Shown here: one piece after another, positions 1 through 11,332 of the stretch | How positions within the stretch are numbered: position 1 is the first letter of the stretch | Layout: every line of letters starts with the position of its first letter | Assembly (NCBI GenBank): GCA_014905635.1 | Contig: JABVCE010000013.1 | Span: 124,001 to 188,000, forward strand | Length of the DNA: 64,000 bases | Origin: Scenedesmus sp. PABB004 | Lineage: Eukaryota | Direction: 5' to 3' | The notes under the pieces: model-generated | What the model was told of the DNA's origin: nothing | The model's input: only the letters and a program-made list of their open reading frames with translations | The model's database searches: none | Translations under genes and position numbers: made by a program

Positions 1-362
1 TTGGCGCCGGGGTCGTACGACGCGGCGGGGCCCGCGGCGCCGTTCTTGGGCCCCGCCGGCATCAGGGTGTCAACATACGCGGCGGCCGCGCCTGCGGGGC
101 GTGCGGGCGCGCGTGGGCGGCGGGGCGCGCGCGCCGCGGCGCAGCGGGGCGGCTGCGGCCAGCGCGCAGGCAGCATGCCGACGGCGCGGCCGAGCTCACC
201 GGGCAGCAGCTGGAGCGCCGGCAGCCAGCTGCGTGCGGCGGCGGCGGCACCGCCGCGTGCCCGCCCGCCCGCAGGACTCGGGCGGGGCGCCAGCAGCACC
301 GCCAGCAGCGCCGCCAGCAGCAGCACGAGGCGCGCCGGCGGGCGAGGGGGCCAGCTGCCCAT
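1..362 (-). CDS. 5' part of a putative secreted protein (runs off window start)
   Basis: ATG at 362 gives MGSWPPRPPARLVLLLAALLAVLLAPRPSPA (signal-peptide-like hydrophobic core). A GTGAG..CAG intron at 199-92 keeps the frame into AAAYVDTLMPAGPKNG. No family recognised. Confidence 0.55.
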   Translation of the reverse strand, partial: MGSWPPRPPARLVLLLAALLAVLLAPRPSPAGGRARGGAAAAARSWLPALQLLPGELGRAVGMLPARWPQPPRCAAARAPRRPRAPARPAGAAAAYVDTLMPAGPKNGAAGPAASYDPGA

Positions 363-1299
363 GGCGGCGGCGCGTGCGGCCCGCCGGGCGGCTGGCAGGG
401 CCCCGCCGCGCTCTGCCTGCGCGGTGGTGCGGGTGCCGCGACTCCTGCGCAGCACGCGCGGGCGGCGGCGGCAGCCTGTCAGCCGGCAGCGCTGCTGCTC
501 GCCACCCCAGCCGCGCCGCGCTGACGTGCGGGGCGGCCAGCGCTGCGCGACTGTGCAGCGAGCGCTGCGCGCGGACTGGCGGCGGCGCCCGGCCGGCCGC
601 ACAGGCCGTGCCAGCGGGGCCCGCCCGCGTCGCCTGAGCCTAGCGCTCCTCTGGGCAGCGCGCCGGGAGCCTCTGCCTGCGCCTGCTGCCCGCCGGCGCC
701 CACCTGGCTGTTGGACTCTCCTCCAGGCCCTGCCCGCCGAACGCGGCCGCGCAGCACCGATTGGTTGAGCGATGAGGAATGCAGCAGACACTAACAGCAC
801 TCCAGGCCCACCGCGGCTCGCCTGGCGCGCTCTGTGCGGCGCAGCAGGCGGGGGCCGACTCGGGCAGATGCCGAGGGCCCGCGCCGCGAGCAAGGGCGCA
901 GCCGGCGTGGCGTGCGCTCGGGGGCGCGCGAGCTGCGGCTATGAGTCCAGATCGCGCACCTGCGCGGCTCGAGGCGCCGGCATCGTCGCGGGCGGCCCCC
1001 CAGCGCCCGTTGACCGCAGGTGGGAGACGCCAAGAGACGCCTGCGCGGCTCCCCCACCCAGGCGCGGGCACCGAGCGCAGCTGCATGCCCTCGGGACCGC
1101 CGTGATGCAGGCGCCGCCGCCGGTGGCGATGTGCGGCGCGGCGCGCACGCGCGCGCGCCGCCGCCGCTGCCCACCGAACAGCCATCGCCCGCGCCCGCCG
1201 CCCGCGCCCGCGCCGCCGCACCTGCTCGAGCAGGCAGAAAGTCCAGCACACTCGCTTGGGCCCCGACGACGAGCGCGGAGTGCGCCGAGGCACAGCGAT

Positions 1300-1304
1300 T
1301 TACA
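1300..1304 (-). terminator. TGTAA polyadenylation signal for the LRR gene
   Basis: TTACA on + strand downstream of the stop at 1949; UGUAA is the established chlorophyte signal. Confidence 0.5.
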
Positions 1305-1948
1305 GGGAGCTCAGGTGCGCGGCGTCCACCTCGCGCTGCGCCGGCGCAACAATGTACAACACGAAGCGGCGAAAGGCCGCATCCGCAGCTACAATGTACT
1401 GATACAGGGGGCGCGCTAGGCTTGTTGGTACACGCATGCTGCTACTCGCACAACCGACCGACGCCCCGCCCTGCCCCACCCGCTCCGCCCACCCCGCCGC
1501 CGCCCCGCCCACCCACCGCCGCCGCGAGGTCGGCGTTCGTTGTGTGTGGTGGTGGGGAGCGCCATGCTCCACACACCTTGATGATGGAAGTGCGTGTGTG
1601 CCGGGCGCGCCTTGGCAGCCAGCGGCGGCAGGAGCCATCCCACCCTGGCATGCCCGCCGGCCGAGACGCCGGCGGCGCGATGACGGCACACGTGTCGCAA
1701 ACCATGGGCAGTGAGCGCACGCGCGCAGGGCGCGCCCGCGTGCCAATGGGCACGTGCGGGCGCCCCGCCCGCTGCGTCGCCGCCGCCTCAGCCCCCGCTG
1801 CCGCACACGCTCCTTGGACGTAGCCGGCGGGCGCCGGGCGCACGGCGGCCGTGCGCGCACAGCGCCCGCCTGGCGCCCCTGCTGCCCCCCCCCTGCCGTG
1901 CGCGGACCACGGGGCCGCGCAGCGCAGTGCTCCCGACGCGGCGCGATG

Positions 1949-2073
1949 TCACTGGCAGATGCACGCCCTGCGCGCGGTCGATTTGACCAGCAGCTTGGGC
2001 CGCGCCCGCCGCAGCCGCGAGGCCGCGCTCTCGCTCACGCCCGCGCCAGACAGCACGACAACCTTGAGCGCCT

Positions 2074-2110
<37 letters not shown>

Positions 2111-5100
2111 GGGGCGTGTTGCTCGAACGCGGCCCTCCCTGCGCCGCCGCGCGCACCACCGCGGGCAGCCCCGGCGCCGGGCCGGCGCGCGCCGCACACC
2201 CGCATGGTCGCCAGCGCCGGCACCGACGCGTCACCCACGCCTGTGAAGCCTAGGTTCAGCGCCTCGAGCACGGGGCCCAGCCCCGCCGCGAGCGCGCGCA
2301 CGCCGGCATCGCTGAGGCACCGGTTCTGCGCGACGTTCAGGTGGCGTAGCTCGCCCAGCTTGCACAGCTCCGCGGCGGCGCGGTCTTCGCGGCGGGCAGC
2401 GCAGCAGCGGGCGGGGCGGGGCGGGGCGGGGGCGGGGCGGGGCGGGGCGGGGCGGGGCGGGGCGGGCGGGGCGGGGCGGGGCGGGGCGGGGCGGGCGGGG
2501 CGGGGCGGGGCGGGGCGGGGCGGGGCGGGGCGGGGCGGGGCGGGCGGGGCGGGGCGGGGCGGGGCGGGGCGGGGCGGGGCGGGCGGGGCGGGGCGGCGGG
2601 GCGGGGCGGGGCGGGCGGGGCGGGGCGGGGCGGGGCGGGGCGGGGCGGGGCGGGGCGGGCGCGGGGCGGGGCGGGGCGGGCGGGGCGGGGCGGGCGGGGC
2701 GGGGGCGGGGCGGGGCGGGGCGGGGCGGGGCGGCGGGGGGGCGGGGCGGGGCGGGGCGGGGCGGCGGCGGGGCGGGGCGGGGCGGGGCGGCTCGGGGCGG
2801 GGCGGCGCCAACGGCGCTGCAGCGGCGGTGGCGCTCCGCGCTGCGGTGCGGACCGCGTGCCGCACCGTTGACGTAGCCGCCGCACAGCTCGAGGCGTCGC
2901 AGGCCGGTGAACGCCGCGGCGAGCAGCGCGGCGCCCTTGGCGCCCACGCGCGCGCCGCAGAGGTCGAGCTCGCGCAGGCGCGGCCCCAGCGGCGCGAGCA
3001 GGCGCAGGCAGGCGTCGCTGACGCAGCGCGCGTCCAGGTTGAGGTGTGTGAGGCCGGTCTGCGGGCGCCCGCGGGGCGCCGCCCTCGGCGTGGGGCGCCG
3101 GCGCGCGCGCGCGTGCGCGAGGTGGCGCCGCGCCCGGCGGCCGCCCCCTCACCAGGTGCGTGAGCGCCGCGACGCAGCCGTCGCCAACCTCGGTGTTGCA
3201 CAGGCTCAGCCACGCGAGCCGGCCGCAGCGCGCGAGGCAGCCGACGCCCGCGTCACCGACGGCGCTGTCTGACAGGTCCAGCCGCTCCAGGAGGGCAAAG
3301 CGCCGCAGCACCTGCGCCGCGCAGGGCGTGCCCGGGCGCGCGTGGGGCAGCGCCGCGCGCGTGGCGGGCGGTGAGCGGCGGCGCCGGTGCCGCCGCGCAG
3401 GCGCCCGCGCCGCACCCTGCAGCCCTCGTCGCCAATGGGGCACATGTCGAGGTCGAGCTCGCGCAGCGCCGCCAGCGGCGCCAGCGCGAGCAGCCCCGCG
3501 TTGCCCAGGCCTGCGCCGGGCGCGGCGACGTGGGCGGCGTGGGCGGCGTGGGCGGGTGCGGCGGCCCCCCTCACCGCACCCGCGCCCGCGGCTCGCGCGC
3601 CGCGCTCACCGCTGCAGGAGAGGTCCAGCACCTGGACGGCTGTGAGGCTGGCCAGTGCGGCGGGGCCGTCGCCGTCACCCACCTGGCACGGGCAGCGAGC
3701 GCGGGCGGGGCGTGGGCGCGGGCGCGGGCGGGCGGGCGGCGCCGCGCACACGGCTTGGCTGTTGGTTGTGGCCCTCCGCCCCACCTCGCAGCCGCGCAGC
3801 TTCAGTACCCGCAGGCTGCGCGCCAGCGGCTGCAGCGCGGGCAGGCCCGCCGCGGTGAGGCAGCAGCCGCTCAGGTCCAGCACCTGACGGCAGCGGGCGG
3901 GCGGGCGGGCGGGCGGGCCGCGGGTCGGCACCGTGCGGCGGCAGCGGGGCCCGACAGCCGGCGGTGGGCGGCGGGCGGCGGGCGGGACGCACCTGCAGCT
4001 GCACCAGGCACGGCAGCACCCCGCCCAGCTGCGCGTCGCACGCGCGCGTCCCCGCCAGGACGAGCTCCGTGAGCGCCGTGAGGCAGGCCAAGGGCGCGAT
4101 GGTGTTGCTGGCGTCGGCGTGCACGTCGCCGAGCGCACGGCACCAGCCCAGCGACAGCTGCCGCAGCTGGGACAGGCCTGCGACGGGGGGCGGGGCGGTG
4201 AGCTGGGGCGCGGCGCGCTGCGCCGCGCGCTGGCTGCTGCGGCGGCGGCGCGCACCCGTCATGTGGCGCAGGCCGGCGCCCTCGAGGGCGGGGCACTGCG
4301 CCAGGCTGAGCGCGGTCAGGCCGTGCAGCTGCGCGAGCGCGGCGAGGCCGGCGCTGGTGAGGCCCTCACAGCCGCGCAGGTCGAGCGTGCGCAGCGCGGT
4401 GAGGCCCGCCACGTGCGCCAGCCCCGCGTCGGTGATGCCGGCGCAGTGCTGCATGCGCAGCTCCGTGAGCTGCCGCAGCCACGACAGCCAGCCCGCGCCG
4501 GCGTCCGACAGCTGCGGCCGCGGCGGTGCGCGGCGCGGCGGGATGGCCGGCGGCGGCGGCGTGTGAGCGGCGGCGGCCGCGGTGCTGCCGGCGCGGCGCG
4601 GCGCGGCGCAGCGTGCGCACAGCAGCACGCCCACCAGCGTGGCGCCGCTGAGGTCAAGCGAGCGCAGGTGCCTGGCGCGCGCGACGACGGGCAGCCACGC
4701 GTCGTCCACGCCCGGCGTGCCGGCGAGCAGCAGGTGGTGCAGCCAGGGCGCGACCAGCTGCTGCAGCAGTGGCAGCGTCAGCCGCTCTGCGGGGCGCACG
4801 CAGAGGCGGTGAGTGTGAGTGAGTCAGGCAGGGGGTGAGTCAGGCAGGGGGAGCCAGCGTCGCCCGCCGCTTCAATCGCCGCCAGCGCCGCAGCAGCGGC
4901 TCGGCGCAGCCTGCCGCGGCGCAGCCTGGCGCGCGCTGCTCGCGGTCCGGGGCCGCGCATCGTGCGCGGACGCACCCAGGGAGATGACCTCGTCCAGCAG
5001 GAGCTCCAGCAGGTCGGGCGACAGCCGCTGCACGAGCACTGAGCTCGGGCCATCTCGCAGCAGCGCCCGCGCGAGCGCGGCCACGCAGGCCGCCTGGAGC

Positions 5101-5240
5101 GAGCCGGCCGGCGCAGCTGTGATCGGTTGCCGAGGCGCGCCAAACAGGGAGCTCGGGATGGTGGTCGAGACGCGGGCGACCTGGGCGCTCTCGCTCCCCT
5201 TGTCCCGCCCGCCCGCGATGCAGGCGAGCGCGTTGCCCAT
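1949..5240 (-). CDS. Multi-exon leucine-rich repeat (RNI/AMN1-like) protein with N-terminal acylation motif
   Basis: Starts MGNALAC. Repeated LRR exons include LRSLDLSGATL, LTELRMQHCAGITDAGLAHV, LRTLDLRGCEGLTSAGLAAL, LERLDLSDSAVGDAGV, LEALNLGFTGVGD. Ends ..KSTARRACICQ* at 1949. Confidence 0.85.
2409..2803. repeat. (GGGGC)n / (GCCCC)n pentamer tract inside an LRR-gene intron
   Basis: About 390 bp of nearly pure GGGGC units with occasional GGGC slips, read directly from the sequence. Confidence 0.95.
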
Positions 5241-5597
5241 GGCGACGGGGGATCGAGCGGAGGGGTCGGGAAATCGGCCCGCAGGCGAGCCGATTTGTGC
5301 GGCGGCGGCGCGTCGCGCGGCGCAGGTGTGAGCCCTCGCGCGGCGCGGCGCGCTCGCGCGTTCCGGCGGCGGTTACCCTTGCGATTGCAATTGCATTCCG
5401 AACCGATGCGATAGAAAAAAACCCCGGCCCACATCGACAGTGCTGCGCGGGAGCACACCTGTGCGCTGCGCGCGCGCGGGCGTGCGCCAGCGCCGAGGCC
5501 AAGGCAAGAGCCGCGCCCGCCCGACACACACGTGCACCCCAGGCTGGGCAGTTCTCGCCCACAGGAAAGGTTGAAGCTGGAGACAAGCGTACGCCAA

Positions 5598-5734
5598 TCA
5601 CACGGCGCGCAGCGCGCGCAACCACGTGTCCGGCAGGCACCAATACGCAAGCTCGCACGCCTGCCAGCTCAGCGCCGCGCCCAGCAGCAGCACAAGCGCG
5701 TGCCGCACGAGCGCCCGCGGTGCGCGCACCTGTG

Positions 5735-5767
<33 letters not shown>

Positions 5768-6851
5768 TGCGGGTCGGCGGCGCGGCCGCGGCCCGCCGCG
5801 GGCCCGCACAGCCCCCCACAGCGGCCCCGGCGGCACCCACCGAGCGCAGCGCCTCCTGCGCCTGCCGCGCGGTCGGCTCGGGCACGTGCGGCTGCGCCGC
5901 GAGGGCGCGCAGCCAGAACCAGACTTTGCTCGTCCGCTCGACGTGGTACGAGACGTACGTGGGCGCGGCGACGGCGCCGAAGACCGCCAGCCACAGCAGC
6001 AGCGGCACCTCGGGCGCCGCGGGGCACGCGTGCGGCGCGGGCGCGGCCGCCGCCGGCGCGAGCGGCAGCAGCGCCGCCGCGGCCGCCGACGCGCAGGCAG
6101 TGTACGCGCCCGCGACGTGGGCCTGCAGCGCGGGCGCGCCGAGCTGGCGCAGCACGCGCGGCGCGTCCGCGAGCAGCACCGCGAGCAGCGTCGCCAGCTG
6201 CAGCGCCGGCGCGGTCGCAAAGGGCGCCTGGTACGCGGCCGCCCACGCCCACGCCGGCAGCAGGCCGGACCCGATGAGGACGCAGTCAAGGAACGCATGC
6301 CCTGGCCCCTGCTGCAGCGCCGGCGCGGCGGCGGCCGCCGCCGCGCCGGCCGACGGACGCAGGTGCTGCAGCCGCAGCGCCGCGTGCCACAGTCGCTGCG
6401 TGACGACGAGGCCCGGCCGCGCGTGCGCGTAGTGCGCGCCGCCCGCGGCCGCGAGCGCGGCGCCCTGCGCGACGAGCAGCGCCAGCGACACGGCGCGCAG
6501 CGCGAGCTCGCCGCGCTCCGCCGCGGGGCCGCTGGCGACGCTGAGCAGCACCACCGCGTTGAGCGCCAGCACCGCGCGGTCGACCGCGAGCACCCGCTCC
6601 GCGCACGCCCGCCAGTACGCCGCCTCGAGGCCGCGGTCGCGGAACGCCAGCGCCCAGCCCAGCGCCGGCGGCGGCGACGCGTCCTCCTCCTCCTCCCCGG
6701 CGGCGGCGGTGCCGGCGGTGCCGGCGGCGCGGCGCGGGCTGCCGCCGCTGCAGCCGCTGCTGCTGCTGCCGCCGCTGCCGCCGTTGCCGCTGCCTGCGGC
6801 GCTGCCGCTGCCTGCGGCGCCGGGCGCCGCGCCAGCGTCCACGGCTGGCAT
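5598..6851 (-). CDS. Hypothetical multi-pass membrane protein
   Basis: MPAVDAGAAPG..., LAFRDRGLEAAYW followed by several hydrophobic segments (VLALNAVVLLSV; LQLATLLAVLLA; LLLWLAVFGAVAAP; ALVLLLGAALSW). One probable intron near 5730-5840. Alternative ATG at 6875. Confidence 0.65.
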
Positions 6852-7228
6852 GCGGGAACGCGGTCTCGGCGTCATGCCGGGCGCCTCAGCGGCGCGCACG
6901 CGCGCGGCGCATGCGGCGCGCCGCCGCCGCCTGCCTCTCCGCTCCGGAGCGGCGGCGCGCGGGGGGCGTGGTGCTGGCGTTCCGCTCCGTGTGGGTCGTT
7001 CCCCGGAGCCCTGCAGGGCGGGCCGCAGCTCTTGTACGCGCGCGCGCGGCGCAGCAGCAGCGGCGACGAGCAGCGGCGGCGCGGTGCGCCCCCCGCCGCG
7101 GGCGGGCGCTGGCCGAGCGGGCGCGCACTGGAGGGCCCGCCGGGAGCGCCTCTGATGCGCCGGCCTCACCCGCCTCCGGTCGACCCTGCCGCGCCTCTTG
7201 CGCCGCGGCGGTTGCTCGTCCGTTGCTC

Positions 7229-7523
7229 GCGCGGGCGCCCGGGGGGCCGAAATTTCGGACCGGGGGGGCCGAAATTTCCCTCCTGGAGGGCTGGCCCCGC
7301 CCGCGCGGGCGCCCGGGGGGCCGAAATTTCGGGCCTGGGGGCCGAAATTTCGGGCCCGGGGGCCGAAATTTCGGGCCCGGGGGCCGAAATTTCCCTCCTG
7401 GGGGGCTGGCCCCGCCCACGCGGGCGCCCGGGGGGCAGAAATTTCGGGCCTGGGGGCCGAAATTTCCCTCCGGGGGGGCTGGCCCCGCCCGCGCGGGCGC
7501 CCGGGGGGCCGAAATTTCGGACC
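7229..7523. repeat. Higher-order tandem array of 21-bp and 52-bp units with palindromic GAAATTTC cores
   Basis: Nine cores (CCGAAATTTC, one CAGAAATTTC) starting at 7247, 7269, 7321, 7342, 7363, 7384, 7436, 7457 and 7509. The same ~33-bp block GCGCGGGCGCCCGGGGGGCCGAAATTTCGGACC occurs at both ends. Confidence 0.95.
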
Positions 7524-8132
7524 GAGACAGCACCATGGCGGGCGCGGGGGTGGCGCGGGGCCGGGATTGCGCGCGCCGGCGCCGGCTGCTGCTGCTGCTG
7601 CGCCGGCCCGCGCCCACCCACGCCCACCTGCGCCCGCCTCGCCGCTCAGGGATGGCGCCATGGGCGGCCCTGGCGCCGCCGCCCGGCCTGGGCGCGCCGG
7701 CGCCTCCGCGCGCGCCGCGGCGCCCGCAGCAGCGCCCGCAGCAGCGGCTGCGCGGCGCGGCGCACCGGCGGGCGCCGCCGGCGGCGGCCGCGAGCCTGCT
7801 CGACGACGCCACCCTCCGTGGCGGCGGCAGCAGCAGCAGCAGCGGCAGCAGCGGCAGGATGGCTGACACTGACGGGCGGGCGGGCGGTACCAACAGCGTC
7901 GTGCATTCGCGCGCTGATCGAGAGCTGTTCCGCGTGAGCAGCGGCGCCGCTGCTGCCGGGGCTCGCTGCCGGCAGCTGCAACGTGCGTGTGCGCTGTCGC
8001 AAACGAGCGTCCTCTGGGGCGGCGCCGTGCCAGCCGGTTGCAGGGCCATCACGCAGGCAGCCCCGGGCACACTGCGCACGCGACCGCGTGACGCTTGCGC
8101 CGCGGTTCAACGCGCGCCGTCGCGCGCGGCGC

Positions 8133-9049
8133 TCACGAGAGCTCGTAGCTCCACGCGACGCGCCGGTTCTGCAGGCGCACGCACCAGCTGTTCTCGCCGA
8201 GCTTGAGGAACGGCGTCACGCGCCGCGCGCCGTCCGGCCCCACCACGACGTCCGCGCCCGCCGCGAGCTGCAGGTCCTGCTTGTCTGTCACGTTGAAGCG
8301 CAGCGCCTTGACCCGCACGCTGCCGGTCACGCCCGCGCGCTGCGTCGCCGCGTCGAGCTCGAGCCGCGCCTTGGCGGCGAGCCAGCTGTCCCACACGCCG
8401 CGGCGCCACAGCACCTGCGGCTGCTTGCGCAGCTGCACCGTGTACTTGAGCTGCTCGCCGCTGCTCGCGCTGCTTGCGCCGCTCGCGCTGCCGCCGGCGG
8501 CGCCCGGCGCGCCCGCCGCGCCCGCCGCCTCGTAGCGCACGCCCGGAGCGAGCGTCCAGTCGCGCAGCAGCAGCGCGCCGAGGCCGCCCGGCAGGAAGCG
8601 CTCGGCGTCGATCGGCGGCTCGCCGTCGAGGCGGATGCCGCGCTCCGCCGCGACGATGCGCGCGAGCGTGGGCGTGCCCTGGTGCCACGCCTTCTGCAGC
8701 TGCGCGCTGTGCGCAAACGCGCCGCTCGACGTGTCCAGGCGCGCCTGGCGGTGGCGGGCGCAGCGGCGGCGGCGGCGGCAGGGGCGCGGGTCGGCGGCCG
8801 CCGCCGACCAAAGGCGGCGGCGGGCGGGCGCCGGCCGCCGCGCCGCGCCTTGTATCGGAACTCGACGTTCCTCCTGCTCGTCAGCGTCTGGCGCACGTTG
8901 AGCGCGAGGCGGTCGTCCCAGCACAGCCGCGTGCGCACGCCGCCGAAGAGCGTGGCGCCGCCGCGCGGCCCGAAGTCGCTGCTGGCCTCGCTGCTGGCCT
9001 CCTCGCTCGACGACGACTCGCGCTCCTCCTTGTCCCGCGTGCCGGCCAT
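8133..9049 (-). CDS. OEP21: Chloroplast outer envelope pore protein 21-like beta-barrel
   Basis: Two exons joined by a GC-AG intron (8848-8745). The C-terminus RFNVTDKQDLQLAAG..PFLKLGENSWCVRLQNRRVAWSYEL resembles the recalled plant OEP21 end (FNFQKDQD..PY.QIRENNW..W.VRYDL). Alternating beta-strand pattern. Confidence 0.6.
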
Positions 9050-9399
9050 GGCGCGCGCGGGTGGCGGTGACGCAGGCTTGCCGGCTGCGAGGGCAGCGGC
9101 GGGCGGCAGCAGCGGCGGCTGCTGCTCCTGTCGGCGGCTGCTGTTCGGCGGGTGGGGAGGCGCGACGGGACGGCCGCTGTACAGTGAGCACCTCGTGGCG
9201 GGCGCGCGGGACTGGGGGGCTCTAGACGCGGCGCAGGGGCTCGGAGATGTTACACGCCTCTTGACGCTCCCGCCCCTTGTAGGGCGCACCGCGCGGCCGC
9301 GCGTGCCGTCCACAACGACGACGTCGCCTGTGTCTGTCTCCCGGGCCACTGCTTGGGCGCTGTGGCGGCGCGCGCGCGGGCAGGCGGCGCGAGGCGGCG

Positions 9400-11283
9400 A
9401 TGGAGTGGGCCGACACGGGCCTGGAGGCCCGCATCCTGCGCGCCCTGGCCAAGCAGGGCCTCGCGGAGCCGACGCCGGTGCAGGCCGCCGCCATCCCCGC
9501 CGCCCTGAGCGGCAAGGACATCGTCGCACGCGCGCGCACGGGCAGCGGCAAGACGCTCGCCTACCTGCTGCCCGCCCTGCAGCGCATCGTGGCCGCCAAG
9601 TCCAGCCGGCAGCCCTGGCAGGTGCTGGTGCTGGTGCCGACGCGGGAGCTGTGCGACCAGGTGCGTGCCGGCGATGCGCCCGGCGGCGAGCGGCGGCTGG
9701 CGGCGGCGCCGGCGCCGGCCAGGGGCAGCGGCGAGGCTGCGGGCCCCCGCAGCCGCAGCCCGAGCGCAGCCGCCCACGTGTGCCGCCGCCGCCGCGGGCT
9801 GCCCGCCGCAGGTCGCGGCCGAGGCGCGCGGCGTGGCGGCCCACTGCGGCGCGCCGGTCGCGGTGACGGCGCTGCTCGGCGACACGCCCGTCGCGCAGCG
9901 CGCCGCCGCCGCGTCGGCGGGCGCGCTCGTCGTCGCGACGCCCGCGCGCGTCGCGACGGCGCTGCGCGAGGGCTGGCTCTCCGCGGCCGCGCTCGGCGGC
10001 GCGCTGCAGCTGCTGGTGCTCGATGAGGCCGACCTCCTGCTGAGCTACGGCTACGCGGAGGACCTGCAGGCGCTCGCGGTGCACGTGCCGCGCTCCGCGC
10101 AGGTCCTGCTCATGAGCGCGACGAGCAGCGCCGAGGTGGAGGCGCTGCAGGCGCTCGTGCTGCACAACCCCATCACGCTCAACCTGCTCGCGCCGGGCGG
10201 CGCCGGCGCCGGCGAGCCGGGCGCCGCGGGCGGCGAGCCGGCGGCGGCGGGGCTCGGCGACGGCGGTGCCGGCAGCGCGGCGGAGATCTCGCACTGGCGC
10301 TACGAGTGCGCGCGCGCGGACCGGCGCCTCGCCGTGCTCGCGCTGCTCAAGCTCGGCCTGCTGCGCAAAAAGGCGCGGCGCGGCGCGGCGCGGCGCGGCG
10401 GGTGGCCCCGCGCGCGCGCCCCGCGGCCCGCGGCGGGCGCGGCCCACGTCGTCTGCCGCGGGCCTGCGCAGGTGCTGGTGTTTGCCAACAGCGTGGAGGA
10501 GGGCGTCGGGCTGCGCCTCTTCCTCGAGTCGTTCGGCGTGCGCCTCGGCTGCCTGCACGCGGAGCTGCCGGTCAACAGCCGCAGCCACATCCTGTCCAGC
10601 TTCAACAAGGGGCTCTTCGACTTCCTCATAGCCGTGGGTGAGACGCGCGCAGCTAGCTAGCGCCCGCGCCGCCGCGCCGCAGCCTTTGCCGAGTCGCGGC
10701 AGCCCGGCTCGGCCGGGCCGGGCGGGACCCGGCCCGGCCCGCCGCCGCCGCGCGGACGGGAGGGCGCCCACGCCGCGCCGCGCCGCGCCGCGCCCGCGCG
10801 CAGACGACGTGCACGCGCGCGACCGCGCGGCCGCGGCGGCGTCGGCGGCGGCGGCGGCGGCGGCCGCGCCGGGCGCGCGCGGGCGCAAGCGGCGGCGGCG
10901 CGGCGAGCCCGAGGGCGGCGGCGCCGCGAAGGCGGCGCGGCCGCGCAAGGACGAGGAGTTTGGCGTCACGCGGGGCATCGACTTCAAGGGGGTGCGCAGC
11001 ATCGTCAACTACGACCTGCCCGACAGCGTGCAGGCGCGGCGCGGCGCGGCGCGCGGTCGGCGCAGTGCCACGCGCCGCCAGCGCGTCCACGTGCGAGCGT
11101 GCGTGCGTGTGTGCGTGCGCGTGTGTGGCCAGTGATGATCACTGTTTCAACAAGGCTTAATCTTTGCGTAGGGCCTGCCTAGACACCAGGCCCGCGGACG
11201 AGAACTGACACCCTGAGGCCACGCGCGGACAGGCTTGCCCCCTTCTGCTCTGCCGGCGTTGGGCTGCCGGCGCCTGGCTGACC

Positions 11284-11332
<49 letters not shown>

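Noticed and set aside
1579..1600. TGATGA box C-like motif
   Set aside because: No matching box D or stem; lies in the presumed 3' UTR of the LRR gene on the opposite strand.
7229..7523. CRISPR array
   Set aside because: The intervening sequences are themselves repeated rather than unique spacers, the context is eukaryotic and no cas genes are present.
7535..8206. Plus-strand gene starting just after the repeat array
   Set aside because: Low-complexity translation with no motif or convincing splice pattern; cannot be supported.
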